The notes beneath the pieces are model-generated. The model saw only the letters and a list, made by a program, of their open reading frames with translations, was not told the DNA's origin and searched no databases. This document shows positions 28,338 to 40,000 of a DNA stretch of 64,000 nucleotides, one piece after another (position 1 is the stretch's first letter; each line of letters begins with the position of its first letter). This stretch comes from Clostridia bacterium (GTDB taxonomy: Bacteria; Bacillota; Clostridia; TANB77; UBA1234). The stretch covers positions 1,640 to 65,639 of the forward strand of contig JAFXCN010000022.1 of NCBI GenBank assembly GCA_017521465.1. Reading direction: 5' to 3'. The position numbers and the translations under genes were made by a program.

Positions 28338-31300
28338 TTATGTGTTTGAATTGTTGTTGTTATTTTTGTTCATAAGTCTCTTATACGTTTCTTCAAGTCT
28401 CTTTTTAGCCTGTTCATTCTGTAATTTTGCTTCTCTGTCTCTTTCAAATTGTTGATCTCTTGCAATTTTTTTCTGTAAAAATTGTTCTTTTAATTTGCTT
28501 GACATTGCAGAAGAAATTTCACTACTTGTTAATTGTAATTCGCTATCCGCAAACGTACCAAAAACAGTAACTTCTACTTCTTCCATTTCACCCGTATATG
28601 GATTCCTCATTTTTACTTTCTTTTTGTAACTTTCTCCTGTAGCTGTTTCAGCAACAGTATCTCCTATTGCTGCACCTCCTAAAGCACCTAACAACGCTTC
28701 TGATATCACACTGCCATCTTCGTTTATTCCAATTGCTCCTGCAGCTCCTATAGGTGCCATAAATGCAGCAGCTGTATTAGTTGCAACTGTTCTTGTAAGT
28801 TCTTTTACCCCTTCTTTAGTTTCTACACTAGCCATTTCCATAAGCTCGCTCTTAGTCATGCCGTCTATTTTTCTTTCATGTACACGATTTGTTGCTGCCA
28901 TCATTTCTCTTGAGAAGTCGTTTAATATCGCTTGTGATTCTGTATTCCAATCCTTTCTCTGATTTTTCACGTCAATTATAAATGCTTCTTCCTCTTTCTG
29001 CTTCGCCTCAGCATTATGCAGATTATGTTTTTCTTTATTATAGTTAAGCTGCATTACTTGAGAAACTGTTATAGTTTGTGGACATTTCTCCTCTATTGAA
29101 TTCTCTCCTTCATATTCTTCTAGTACTGCATCTGCCATTTTTCTTGCATCATCTGTTCTACTGCCTTTTTCACCTAAGAACTGTTTCTTCTTACCATTAT
29201 TAGCATTTCTATAATTTTCACCATACGCTTTTCTAGAAATCTTTTCTGCCAACACATGTCTAAAGTCACTAATATCGCATCCCGTGGCAGATGCCATTCG
29301 TTGGAACTCTTTGCTTTCACCTTGATTTCTATATATAAAGTTTGCAGAAGTCATAAGTTCTTTCGCGTCATATTTACCAGATTGTGCATCCTGAATCATA
29401 GCTACGCTCAATGCCATTCTATATTGATCTTTAGTATAATTTTTATTTGCTCCATATATAGAATGAAGCATTTTTGCAGCCTTCTCTGCTAATTCTCTAT
29501 CTGCATTTGCATCTGGTCTATTTTTATCGTCTGCTATATTACTAGTTTTTCTGTCTAGTTTTTCATAGCTCGCTTTTGCTTCTTCAAGTTCAGCGCTGAT
29601 TTCTTCTTTTGAAGTCTCGCGTGAATTGGCTCTTGAATTCATTAACGGTCTTCCTATTTGGGAATATATTGAATTTTTTAATACGTCTATATTTGCTTCT
29701 GGCAATATTCTTTCTAATTCCATTGTCAATTCCATATCTATTTGTTGTTTTGTTTTATTTCCAGAAAGAGCATCTTCCGCTACCGCATTTCTTGCAGCTT
29801 GTAGAGCTTCAAAATCCGAATCAGATATTTTTAAATCTTTCATTAATTCTTTGTATTCGCCTGATTCTTTTGCAGTTTCTACTACATTCATTGCGTGTGT
29901 TATTTGATCTGGTGTCGCATATTCTATATGGTTTAAAACTTGAATAGCATTTCCAACTTCTAAAGCTCCTACATCACCAAACTCAGTATATTCCGGTCTA
30001 AAATGTTCTAACGCCGCAGCATCCGGCATTCTATATTCCTTAGGTTTTTCACCTATTACATCTACAAGTTCTGCTTTTTTTCTATATAGATTTCTTTCAG
30101 AAAAATGCGAAATAGTTCTTCCTAAATGGCTGTTTGCTCCAATAAAGTTGTCACCAATACGTTTTGTTGTTTGTTTTACTGCAGTTGCTACCGCAAATGC
30201 TTGTGTTGCTGTTGCTGCAAGTGATTTCGCTGACTCTGCTTGTTGTCCTAAAATCTTCTTCAATATTTCTTCACCGTTAAATAGGAATGTTACCCCAACT
30301 AACATCAATATCCAATCATTTTCCGCGTTTCCAGCTGCTAAAACTGTTGCAATTGAGAATGAATATATGATCGCATGAATTGACTGAATAAATATATTAA
30401 CTAATATTTCTCTCGTCCATTTTGCAAATGCACCTCCCGTTTTTACATCTGCCACTTTTTCTAAAATATGTGCTATCATTACTAACGGGAATAGCACAAT
30501 CAAGAATGATACTATGAATAAACGTTTATAGTACATCATTGCCATTATTAATAGTTGGAATGTCATTATTAAATATACAAAAGCGTACGATAATCTTCTA
30601 GTAACATGCGCTCTTCTTGACATTACAGCCATATATCCAGTATCATTTTCTCCAAATGGGTTTTTTTCCATTCTTTTTGCTTCTTCACTTGTAAGTTCTT
30701 CGTCTGTTATCAAAGTTGAATCATCTGGAGCAATATATTCTCCCGTAACAATAGATGTATCTAAATCTGGTTTCCCAACAATAGCTTGTTCAACCATGTC
30801 AACAAATAAAGAATTTATTTTTATTGCATACTTTATTACATATGGGAATGTAAACAAAATAATAACTCCTGCTACCCAATGCATAAACAATTCTTTATAT
30901 ATTGCTTGTTTAGCTGCAGTTGAATTTAAAACAATTCTAATAGCCATATATAATAGAATTAATAAATATGCAACTATTGCTATAAGCATAAAATTACTAT
31001 GCCAATTATTTATAACTTCTACAAATAGTTTTATAAAATCATTTGTTTTTTCACCCGCTTTTAAATTGCCTGAAAACAAAGTTAATTGTGTTAATGGATA
31101 ATTATCAAAAACTATTGCATCTATAGAAATTTTTTCTTGTGTTTGTGTATTAGGATCTTCATATCCAAGTACAGAATCAAGCATTAAAACAAGTCCATTT
31201 GCAATGTTTCTTACAAAAAAAGAAATTAAAAATTCTAATCTTTCAAAAATTGTAAAACTTTCTCTCCCTCCAACGTGATATTGCTTGAAATTTTGCGTTT

Positions 31301-33095
31301 TAAAGTTAAAAACTTCATGATTGTAAATTTCTGCTAAATCATTATTCAAATAATTAAATTCAAAATCCCAATTATCTATATTTATTAATCCTTTATCTGG
31401 TTCAAGCATATAATCATTTACATCCAATACATATATTATTCCTTTTTTCAATGGATATGTAATATAAGGATCTGATGAATAATATAATCCGTTCTCAAAC
31501 TCCTGCACCTTACAATCTGGATCAGGGCATTTCCCTTCTCCTTTTTTTCCAGCATTTAATATTGCACCCGACATATCATGTATATTACGTCCTAGTACTC
31601 CATCAATATCTACTGTTGCAATATAAAGAGAAAAAGTTTCAATTTTACCATAATCTCGTTCAAACGTTTTTACTTTTGGCGTCATAATATACGTTCCATC
31701 TTTGTTCACTGTAAACAAGACTTCACCACGATCATTTTTTTCATAACTTATTGATCTGTTGCTTCTTAATGTTTTGACATCGCCTATGGCATTGAATTCT
31801 AATTGATATACTCCTTCAGGAGGTTCAAGAGTAACATTTAAAAAGTCTTGTAATGTCGGCATAGTTCCATCTTCGGCTTCTTCAACAAGTTGTGAAAAAC
31901 ACTCAATATATTTTTCATTTGCACCATTAATTTTTTCAATACCATTACTTAATGGTATTGAATATATTCTCATTTTTTCAGCACTATCTTTTGGTTGGAT
32001 AAATATATTAATATATAAAGAATGATTTTTTTGAATTATGTATTCATGTGCCCAATTTGTATATCCATACTCTCTATAATCGTCAATATCTAAACGATTA
32101 GTATAGAACAATTCAAATTTTTTATTTACTGTGGATGTTTCTGTCTTTCTTATTTTTGTAGTTATTTCATCATCTTCTGGTCCTAAAGTACGAAAATTTC
32201 CACTATCTGCTTTAAATTCTAATTTTAGTAATATATCGCCTTCTATATTATTTATACTGCCATATTCTGTTATAGCACCTTTTCTTATAGCCTTGGCTAT
32301 ATCAACTGGTGTAACCGTGTTACCCGACGATTTATTTGTAAATACTATATTTAAATTTTCCAAACTAACTTCTAGTTCCAATTCATCTAAAGCATTTTTT
32401 ATAGTCGCTGCATCTATTTCAATATTTTTAGCATCAAATTTACTCGTCACCCCAGGCATACTGTTTAATGTACTTTGAGAAATTCTTGCCACATCATACA
32501 TAGTATCTTTTAGTGGCTCTGCATCTGTAACAACAATACTTCCACCTTTGAAACATGCAAACTCTCCATTACCTAAATATATATATGTATCATAAATTTT
32601 CCAGCCAGTCCAAGCCATATCTATTAGAATATCTCCTGGTTCTAATAAGTCCGGAACAACTTTAAATTCGGCATCTTTATCATATATTATCTTTTCACCT
32701 TCAAAAGCTTTGGTAAAATATCTACAATTCGTTTTACCTGGATGGCACAAATTATTATAAATGTCATATTCTGAAAAGATTTTTTCGCCATCTTTCATAT
32801 TCATATTTCCTTTTGATACCTCTTTAAACACATAAGATACAAATGAGTCGTCAGTAAAAAACATTGCAGTAGTACCAATTTTTTCAGACATAACAGTTTC
32901 ATTATCATAAGAAATTATAGCTCTATCATCTTCTATTTTATCTGCTTGAAGAAATCTATCATTATATTTTTGCATATCCTTTACAAATGAAGTAATAGCG
33001 GTTTGAAATTCTTTTCTTTCAACAGCTAACACATTAGAAGGAAGAAGCGCTAATAATGTAATTATTAGCATACATATTAAATTGCATTTTTTCAT
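28338..33095 (-). CDS. VirB6/TrbL-position polytopic protein, paralog 5 of 5 (1585 aa): about 690-aa ectodomain, conserved TM core, about 650-aa tail
   Basis: Signal peptide MKKCNLICMLIITLLALLPSNVLA. Core motifs QAIYKELFMHWVAGVIILFTFPYVIKY, MYYKRLFIVSFLIVLFPLV, WTREILVNIFIQSIHAIIY and FLFNGEEILKKILG are shared with the four upstream paralogs. Confidence 0.7.
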   Translation of the reverse strand: MKKCNLICMLIITLLALLPSNVLAVERKEFQTAITSFVKDMQKYNDRFLQADKIEDDRAIISYDNETVMSEKIGTTAMFFTDDSFVSYVFKEVSKGNMNMKDGEKIFSEYDIYNNLCHPGKTNCRYFTKAFEGEKIIYDKDAEFKVVPDLLEPGDILIDMAWTGWKIYDTYIYLGNGEFACFKGGSIVVTDAEPLKDTMYDVARISQSTLNSMPGVTSKFDAKNIEIDAATIKNALDELELEVSLENLNIVFTNKSSGNTVTPVDIAKAIRKGAITEYGSINNIEGDILLKLEFKADSGNFRTLGPEDDEITTKIRKTETSTVNKKFELFYTNRLDIDDYREYGYTNWAHEYIIQKNHSLYINIFIQPKDSAEKMRIYSIPLSNGIEKINGANEKYIECFSQLVEEAEDGTMPTLQDFLNVTLEPPEGVYQLEFNAIGDVKTLRSNRSISYEKNDRGEVLFTVNKDGTYIMTPKVKTFERDYGKIETFSLYIATVDIDGVLGRNIHDMSGAILNAGKKGEGKCPDPDCKVQEFENGLYYSSDPYITYPLKKGIIYVLDVNDYMLEPDKGLINIDNWDFEFNYLNNDLAEIYNHEVFNFKTQNFKQYHVGGRESFTIFERLEFLISFFVRNIANGLVLMLDSVLGYEDPNTQTQEKISIDAIVFDNYPLTQLTLFSGNLKAGEKTNDFIKLFVEVINNWHSNFMLIAIVAYLLILLYMAIRIVLNSTAAKQAIYKELFMHWVAGVIILFTFPYVIKYAIKINSLFVDMVEQAIVGKPDLDTSIVTGEYIAPDDSTLITDEELTSEEAKRMEKNPFGENDTGYMAVMSRRAHVTRRLSYAFVYLIMTFQLLIMAMMYYKRLFIVSFLIVLFPLVMIAHILEKVADVKTGGAFAKWTREILVNIFIQSIHAIIYSFSIATVLAAGNAENDWILMLVGVTFLFNGEEILKKILGQQAESAKSLAATATQAFAVATAVKQTTKRIGDNFIGANSHLGRTISHFSERNLYRKKAELVDVIGEKPKEYRMPDAAALEHFRPEYTEFGDVGALEVGNAIQVLNHIEYATPDQITHAMNVVETAKESGEYKELMKDLKISDSDFEALQAARNAVAEDALSGNKTKQQIDMELTMELERILPEANIDVLKNSIYSQIGRPLMNSRANSRETSKEEISAELEEAKASYEKLDRKTSNIADDKNRPDANADRELAEKAAKMLHSIYGANKNYTKDQYRMALSVAMIQDAQSGKYDAKELMTSANFIYRNQGESKEFQRMASATGCDISDFRHVLAEKISRKAYGENYRNANNGKKKQFLGEKGSRTDDARKMADAVLEEYEGENSIEEKCPQTITVSQVMQLNYNKEKHNLHNAEAKQKEEEAFIIDVKNQRKDWNTESQAILNDFSREMMAATNRVHERKIDGMTKSELMEMASVETKEGVKELTRTVATNTAAAFMAPIGAAGAIGINEDGSVISEALLGALGGAAIGDTVAETATGESYKKKVKMRNPYTGEMEEVEVTVFGTFADSELQLTSSEISSAMSSKLKEQFLQKKIARDQQFERDREAKLQNEQAKKRLEETYKRLMNKNNNNNSNT

Positions 33096-33113
33096 TATCA
33101 GCTCTCCTTTCTT

Positions 33114-36100
33114 TTAAGAATTATTTGTTTCTTCATCGTCACCACTACCAGTACTACTATTTCTCGAACTTCTCGATAAGCTTTGTCTTAATCTTTCACG
33201 ATTTTGCTCTATTCTTTCTAATTGCTGTATTTTTTCATCAATTTCTTTCATTCTAGTAGCTTGTTGTTGATTTATTTGCTGTTTTATCGGATTTTTTTCT
33301 AACTTTACAGTTATAGTTTCAACACCTTGTTGATTATCATCTGCAAAAATTAATGTACTAAATAGTTTTCTTGCTATCTCACTAGAACCTTCTGTGGTTG
33401 TTGTATCAGCGTTTTTCGCAACATCTCTCATTCCTGAAATTTTATCAGCAACTCTTTCAACTCTTTTACTTGTAAAATCTACAGCTTTATTTTTTACGGT
33501 ACTACTAATATCTGAACCAAACTTTCCTGCCGCTATAGCATTCTTAACGCTATACTCTCCACTCGCACCCGTAACCATTGCTGCTGATGCTAGACCAGTT
33601 ACTGTTGTAACCAATGGTGCCGAGGCTGTTTTTATAGCCGCACCTGTAAATTCTAATCTTTCCTGAAATAATTTAGTTCTCATCATTTCAACAGAATCTG
33701 CATCCGTTAAAGCATTTCCTACCGCAGCCCTATTTTTAGCAATTTCCTTTTTCATGTCTGATTGAATTGTTTGTACCTCTTGTTTAACAGAACCACCCTC
33801 ATGGATAGAGATTATCTCAATTCCGTTTTTCTTATCCCTTTTCACACCTATTCCATGATCATCTATTATATTTTGGTATACTGCATCTTCTTTTTTCTCC
33901 GCCCTCAATTCTTCTGCTCTTTCTTTCAATACTTTTTTTGCTTCTTGTTCAAATGTTGCGGCCTCATGTTCATTACTATTCTTCGCCAAAACTTTTTTAT
34001 TCTTAACTACTAATGCGGCAACCTGTTCATCAAAGCCTTCCGGTTTGGCAGTTTTTGAATCTCCTTGTGCTACTTCAAGTATTTTCTTAATACCTTCATC
34101 CTTATCTTCTTTCTTTTTAGCTTTTCTAACAGTTTTAGTCGCTTCCCAAATTTCTTCCAAAGTATAGTTTCCAGAATCACTACCATCTAAAACAGCTTGT
34201 GCTTCAGCCAACTCTGCTTGTTCGTCAGAAATCATTCCTCCATTTGCTCTTTGCGCTTCTAATCTGTATTTTGCAACTTGTGCACCTTTATCATAATCTT
34301 TTTTCTTTAAGTCTTTTGTTGTTAGGTTTTTATTAGTTAAGGTTGCTTCAATTGCTTTCTTTTCTTCACTTATTTCAAATAATCTTCTTCTCTCTGCATA
34401 GCTTAACCCATTAGCTTGTAAACTTGCAAGACTTCTATTATTACTCTCTTCGTATTCATCTAGTTTTCCAAGTTCTCTTCTATATTCTGCAATTTGAGCA
34501 TCTATCGAAGATTTTTTCCCTTTTTGTTTTTTCTTTCCTGTTACTTTCAAATCTCTCTCTAGTCTAGAAATTTTTCCTTCAAGTTCTGCACGTTTTGCAT
34601 CAATCGCAACTTTGTTTTTTTCTAATTTTGTCTGCTTATCTGTTATTTCTTTAGCTTCCCTTTCTAATCTTCTTATTTCAAATAATCTTGCTCTATCCTG
34701 TTTTGTACAAATAGAACCTCTTATCTTGTTCAAATTAGCTTCTTGAGAACCTGTCAACTCTCTTGCCTGTATTTTTCTAAGTAATTGATCTTGCGCTTTA
34801 TTAGTAAGTCCGTTCTTGTTTAATTCTGCATTTAATTTTTCAAAATTTCCACCTTTTCTTCTATTTTTTACTAAAACATTTAAGTTTGCATTTATTTCTG
34901 CTTCAGCCATTTGATCTAAATTTTGCATTGCATCAACTGCATCACTTTGATCCATTAAATCCATTAACTCATTATATCTTTCTGGATCTTCGCTTTGTAA
35001 TTGTCTCATTTTTTCTTCATATCGCGCTTGTGTTTCACCACCAGCCATTGAAGCTTGTCTTAAAGCGCCTACTGATTGTTGTATTCTTTCAGCTGAAGAT
35101 CTCTTATCCAACACAGTATCAATATCATTTGATATCCTTTGGTCCGTTTGGGCCGTTTCACCACCACGTTGTCCTGCTGATTGCACCGACCTCAAGTTCC
35201 ATTCATCCCATTTGTCATTTGCTTTTCTCTCAGAAAGCTTCGTAGACATATTCTTCATTTCTAATCTTTTGTCACTTAAATTCTTAACATTTTTAATTCC
35301 TTTACCTATAGTTGCAGCACTATCTCTAACCATATTAACTACACCCATTGTAGCAAGCATACTTTCTGCAACGTCTTTTACAGTTCCGCCGCCGCCACCT
35401 TTCATATGAGAGAATATTCCTCTCAGAATCTTATCACCTTGTGCTAAATATGTAAGACCTATAATAATTAAAATAAAGTTTGTCTGTCCTGATGTTTTTC
35501 CAACAGCAAATATAATTCCCATTACAACAACATAATTTATTGCATGGAATAATTGTAAAAATACATTAAGTATATATTCTTTAACCCAGTTATTAAACGC
35601 TTGTGATTTTCCATCACCAATTTTATCGATTGCATACGATATAGTAACCAGCGGGAATATAACAATCAAAAACATCGTTGTTAATAATCTTTTCATATAT
35701 ATTATTAAGAATGATATCAGTTCTTTTAACATTAAAAGCCAACATAATGCGTACAAAATTCTTCCTGTTTCTAAAGCAGTTTGTCTCATAATACTCATAT
35801 AGTCTAATGATGCTACGCCATCAGAACCAACATAACTAAATGGAAATGCTAGTCCACCGGGGTAATCTATTATTTCTGCTTCCTCTATGTTACTTGCAAC
35901 ACCACTTCTTAATGATCCAACATAACCAACTAGTGCATTATTAATTTTTATAGTATATCGCATAACATATGGGAAAAGAAATAAAATTAAGATACCGCCA
36001 ACCCAATCTGCAAATAATTTTTTGTATTTAGCCATATCTCTACCTGTGCTTGAAAGAACAGTTCTTATTCCCATATATAGCAGCATAACAACGTATACAA

Positions 36101-37010
36101 CAATGGCTATTAGCATAAATCTATTATAAAACTTATTTAAAGTTCCTTCATTTGAACCCTTTGGAAGTAACCCTGTATCTGCTAAAAATGGGTTGATTTT
36201 ATTTTGATCTTCCACCCCATTCTCATCCACTATATCATTAACAAAAAATGCTAATCTTGTTCTACTATATTCATTAAATAATATCTTATCAATTGTTATT
36301 GGTTCGCCAGCAACAACTCCAATAAGAAACATTATTCCATCTCCAATAACATCAACAAAAAAACTTGTTAATAATTGTTGTACAAAATCAGCCTTTTGCT
36401 CTCCACCTAAAATCTCATATTTTTTTGCATTGTTAGGAGGATCCTGCAAATCATTTTGTTGACCATTCTTCATTGCATTTTCAAAATATAACTGCATCTT
36501 GTTAAGATCATCTATTGCATTTTTCGCCTTATCTTTTTTTGCCTCATAATATTTTCCATCTTCATTTTCAATTGGCGACGAAAGCCTTACTGTTATATAA
36601 TTTTCGGCCGTTGAAGCCTCAGTAACCAACTTATTTTTTTGGTTTTGGCTGTATAATTTTAAATTATATGTTTTACCTTCCATTAAAAGAACATAAGGAA
36701 TGTCATCTGAATATAATTTATAAATCGGTTCGTCTTTATCATTTACACCATCTTGAACGAGAGCCAAATTTAAATTTTCTCCTGACGTACTTATAGTGTA
36801 CTTCCATTCGTAACCTTCGATAACTGGTAAAAGTGTGATTGAATATATTCCTGTTTTATCTATTTCAAAATCAACTCCACTTATATACTGCGATTTTGTT
36901 ATAGAATTTGTTCCAGGAACAAATTTTATTGCTGCAAAAGAAGGTGATGTGCATAGCATCATAATTATTATTGTAAATATTAATATTCTTTTTAGAAATT
37001 TATTTTTCAT
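33114..37010 (-). CDS. VirB6/TrbL-position polytopic protein, paralog 4 of 5 (1298 aa): ectodomain, TM core, long coiled-coil tail
   Basis: Start at ATG 37010 after GAGGAGGG. Core motifs MAKYKKLFADWVGGILILFLFPYVMRY, IYMKRLLTTMFLIVIFPLV, WVKEYILNVFLQLFHAINY, YLAQGDKILRGIFS. The tail is rich in K/E/R heptad-like sequence. Confidence 0.7.
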   Translation of the reverse strand: MKNKFLKRILIFTIIIMMLCTSPSFAAIKFVPGTNSITKSQYISGVDFEIDKTGIYSITLLPVIEGYEWKYTISTSGENLNLALVQDGVNDKDEPIYKLYSDDIPYVLLMEGKTYNLKLYSQNQKNKLVTEASTAENYITVRLSSPIENEDGKYYEAKKDKAKNAIDDLNKMQLYFENAMKNGQQNDLQDPPNNAKKYEILGGEQKADFVQQLLTSFFVDVIGDGIMFLIGVVAGEPITIDKILFNEYSRTRLAFFVNDIVDENGVEDQNKINPFLADTGLLPKGSNEGTLNKFYNRFMLIAIVVYVVMLLYMGIRTVLSSTGRDMAKYKKLFADWVGGILILFLFPYVMRYTIKINNALVGYVGSLRSGVASNIEEAEIIDYPGGLAFPFSYVGSDGVASLDYMSIMRQTALETGRILYALCWLLMLKELISFLIIYMKRLLTTMFLIVIFPLVTISYAIDKIGDGKSQAFNNWVKEYILNVFLQLFHAINYVVVMGIIFAVGKTSGQTNFILIIIGLTYLAQGDKILRGIFSHMKGGGGGTVKDVAESMLATMGVVNMVRDSAATIGKGIKNVKNLSDKRLEMKNMSTKLSERKANDKWDEWNLRSVQSAGQRGGETAQTDQRISNDIDTVLDKRSSAERIQQSVGALRQASMAGGETQARYEEKMRQLQSEDPERYNELMDLMDQSDAVDAMQNLDQMAEAEINANLNVLVKNRRKGGNFEKLNAELNKNGLTNKAQDQLLRKIQARELTGSQEANLNKIRGSICTKQDRARLFEIRRLEREAKEITDKQTKLEKNKVAIDAKRAELEGKISRLERDLKVTGKKKQKGKKSSIDAQIAEYRRELGKLDEYEESNNRSLASLQANGLSYAERRRLFEISEEKKAIEATLTNKNLTTKDLKKKDYDKGAQVAKYRLEAQRANGGMISDEQAELAEAQAVLDGSDSGNYTLEEIWEATKTVRKAKKKEDKDEGIKKILEVAQGDSKTAKPEGFDEQVAALVVKNKKVLAKNSNEHEAATFEQEAKKVLKERAEELRAEKKEDAVYQNIIDDHGIGVKRDKKNGIEIISIHEGGSVKQEVQTIQSDMKKEIAKNRAAVGNALTDADSVEMMRTKLFQERLEFTGAAIKTASAPLVTTVTGLASAAMVTGASGEYSVKNAIAAGKFGSDISSTVKNKAVDFTSKRVERVADKISGMRDVAKNADTTTTEGSSEIARKLFSTLIFADDNQQGVETITVKLEKNPIKQQINQQQATRMKEIDEKIQQLERIEQNRERLRQSLSRSSRNSSTGSGDDEETNNS

Positions 37011-37028
37011 ACACATCCCTCCTCTTCT

Positions 37029-40000
37029 CTAATGATTATCATTTTCTTCCCTGATAACTGTCTTTCTCCTTGTTGTTTTGTGCAACGTTTTTGTTCCTTT
37101 AATCTTGGTTTTAGCCATTTTTCCATCATTAGTTGCCTTCTTATTAACACGTTGTTGAACTGGTTTAGGTGCCTTTTTATATTTTTGGCCGCCCGGCATA
37201 TTTTGAGTTTTTTTTGCTGACGGCAAAGCTGCATTTGGCTTTTGTTGTTTCTTTTCTTGTGGTTTTTTACTTGTTCCGCCAACAAGTTTTTTTACACCAC
37301 TTCCAACAGCAGCACCTTGAGCAATTCCATTAATCATATTTCCTTTTCCAGCAGCAACAATAGCATTTGTTGCTCCTGACATTACTCCAAATGAAAGTCC
37401 AGCAAATTTTCTTGCATTTCTTGCTAGTAACTTAAATGCTTTTCCAGCATTACGAAGCCCTGGATCTCTAGAAATTCCTTTGATTTTTCTTCCAACATTA
37501 CCAGCATGATACATTCCGTTTCTAACCATGCTTGCTGCATTAACAGTTTTTAACCAAGCTTTCTTTGCAGCCCCCGCATTTTTCATTTGCTGTTGTCTTC
37601 TTTGAATATTAGTATCACGAGTTCTCTTTTGTCTATCTGCAACAGCCTGACGTTTTCGTGCTTTCGCATCTTTTGCTTTGTATTCTTTATCGCCAAATTT
37701 TTGCCATTTCTCTCCCATAGTCTTTTTTAGGTGTTGCTTTCTACCACCAACAGCTGTCTTAAATCCATCACTTTTGATATTTTTGACCAAACTTTTTGTG
37801 CTTTTTACTCCTTTAGCTGCAAGTTTACCGCCTTTAAAAGCAGCTCTTCCTATCATAAGACCAGCAGCAAATCCACCCGCAACGTTAGCATTTAATGAAC
37901 TTATTGTACTTCCATTCATTCCAAATATTGATCTTAGTAATCTTTCAACTGGGAATAAGCATAACACTGCTATTATAAAGAATAACCAATTTTTAGGGTT
38001 TGCTTCATAAAAGCTTAGTCCTGTTTGGATTAATGTTACATATACCACTGCATGTGCTATTTGAACTGTTATATTTAAAATAAATTCTTTTGCCCAAGTT
38101 TCAAATGTTTGTGCTGAACCATCTCCTATTTTATCTATTGCATATGTGATCATAACAATTGGGAATATCATTATTAATATTGCAACCATAATTATTCTTT
38201 TGTAATACAAACCTACCAATGTGAATAATTGGAAAAATAGTATGTACCACACAAGAATATATGCTAATCTTCCTGTTTTTCCAGCTTTTACTTTCATTTC
38301 TGACATTAAGTCTTTTGTTTCCGAGTATGAATTTAAAGTATTAATTTCACTTTCTAACTTACCACATTTTAATTGTTTTTCTCTATACTCATTTATAAAA
38401 GCAAGAGACTCTCTTACTGGGTAAACTGTAGTTTCTTTACAAGCATCTGAATGCTGCATTATATATGTATACTCCCCTGTTGGCATTTTAGCACATCCTG
38501 GCGGTGAACAATTAGGACGTTTTGCAACATCTAGGAATAATGCCCACTTATCTTTAAAACTGTCTATTCTATTTTCAAATTCTACCTCATTAGCAGGTGT
38601 CCATGATGCACGCAAAGTTTCTACATAACTTGTTATAGCGTTTATATCTTTCTTTAAATCTAATTTTGCTTTTGCTTCGCTCTTTTTTCTTTCCGCTTCT
38701 TCTTGAGTATATTTTCCTTCTGCTACCCAACCATCATACATATCATCAATAAGATTATGAATATGCTCCGCATAATTCATTATAATATTATGTCTCACAT
38801 TAAGTTCATCTTCTAAAGCCGCAATTTCTGTTAAAGCTTGTGTTTTATCATTTTCTCTTACCTCGATGCCCGCTTTTATTTTCTCATCAAGCATTTTAGT
38901 ATCAGCATCTTCTCCTAGTAATGAATCATCTCTTAATATCGATGCAATATTATACTGTGTTACATATGGAGTAACTGAAGAACCAATATATCCAACAATA
39001 ACATTAGATATATCTGTTATAAATGGGAAGAACTTCGGTAGCAAGAATAGGAGAATTACGCCAACAACCCAATTTTGCAAATTTTTAATATATTTAGCTT
39101 GCTTTTGTCCTCCAACATTAATTACAATTTGTATTCCTAAATATAGCAATATTACTATATTAATAACAATTGCTACACGTTCAAAGCCACTGTACATATA
39201 ATTGATAATTTCACTTACTTCTTTATATGCAAAAACGCCCATTCTTCCTCTAAAATCTATTATGGTCATTTTGTATCTATTAAAAATCAGGGCATCCATT
39301 GATAAATCATCACCTAAAAATGCTTTTACAACGGCCATAAACACACTACCAATTCCATTTAGTAGTTTAGTTATTGCCATTTCAATTACTCCAGCTTGTT
39401 CTTCAGGTTCAATTTCATTATTTACAAAATGATATTTTATTTCAACAGTATGCTTTTCTTGTTCTTTTATATTAGACTCTGTTTTTGCACCGCTGTATGT
39501 ACCAAATCTAATGACTTCAGTCGGATAATTATTATAATTAAAATTTGGGTTAAGTATTTTTCTAAGCTGAGCCCAACGTGGAACATTTGAATCTATGACA
39601 AAATCCGCAATTCCATCTGCATATCTTATGTGTTCATATTCTGAATTATCACAAATCTTTTTACTCGTCTCTTCATAAAATTCTTTAACGGTACCTTTGC
39701 ACTTTGCAAACACAAAATAATTAAGATCTTGTACATATAGATTTCCACTATTCGGTCTAAATGTGTTCTTTAAAATATGAGTGTTTTCTTTATTTCTTTT
39801 ACCCTCTTGAAATTCATTAAATTTCCACTTTACTGTACTGCCCGTTGGTTTTTCTTCCGCATAAATTGAAAATTTACAATCTTTTTTTTCTGGTTCAATG
39901 GCAGTTCCATCCGGTATCGCTATTGCACCAGCTTGTACATAAAAGCCCTCTCCACCATTTCTTGGATAATAGATTTCTCTATTGCCATTTATGTATGTTA

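Noticed and set aside
37007-37285. 92-aa minus-strand ORF overlapping the 3' end of the 1087-aa paralog
   Set aside because: It is an alternative frame of the lysine/arginine-rich tail coding region. It has no independent start signal and is fully nested within the longer, motif-supported ORF.
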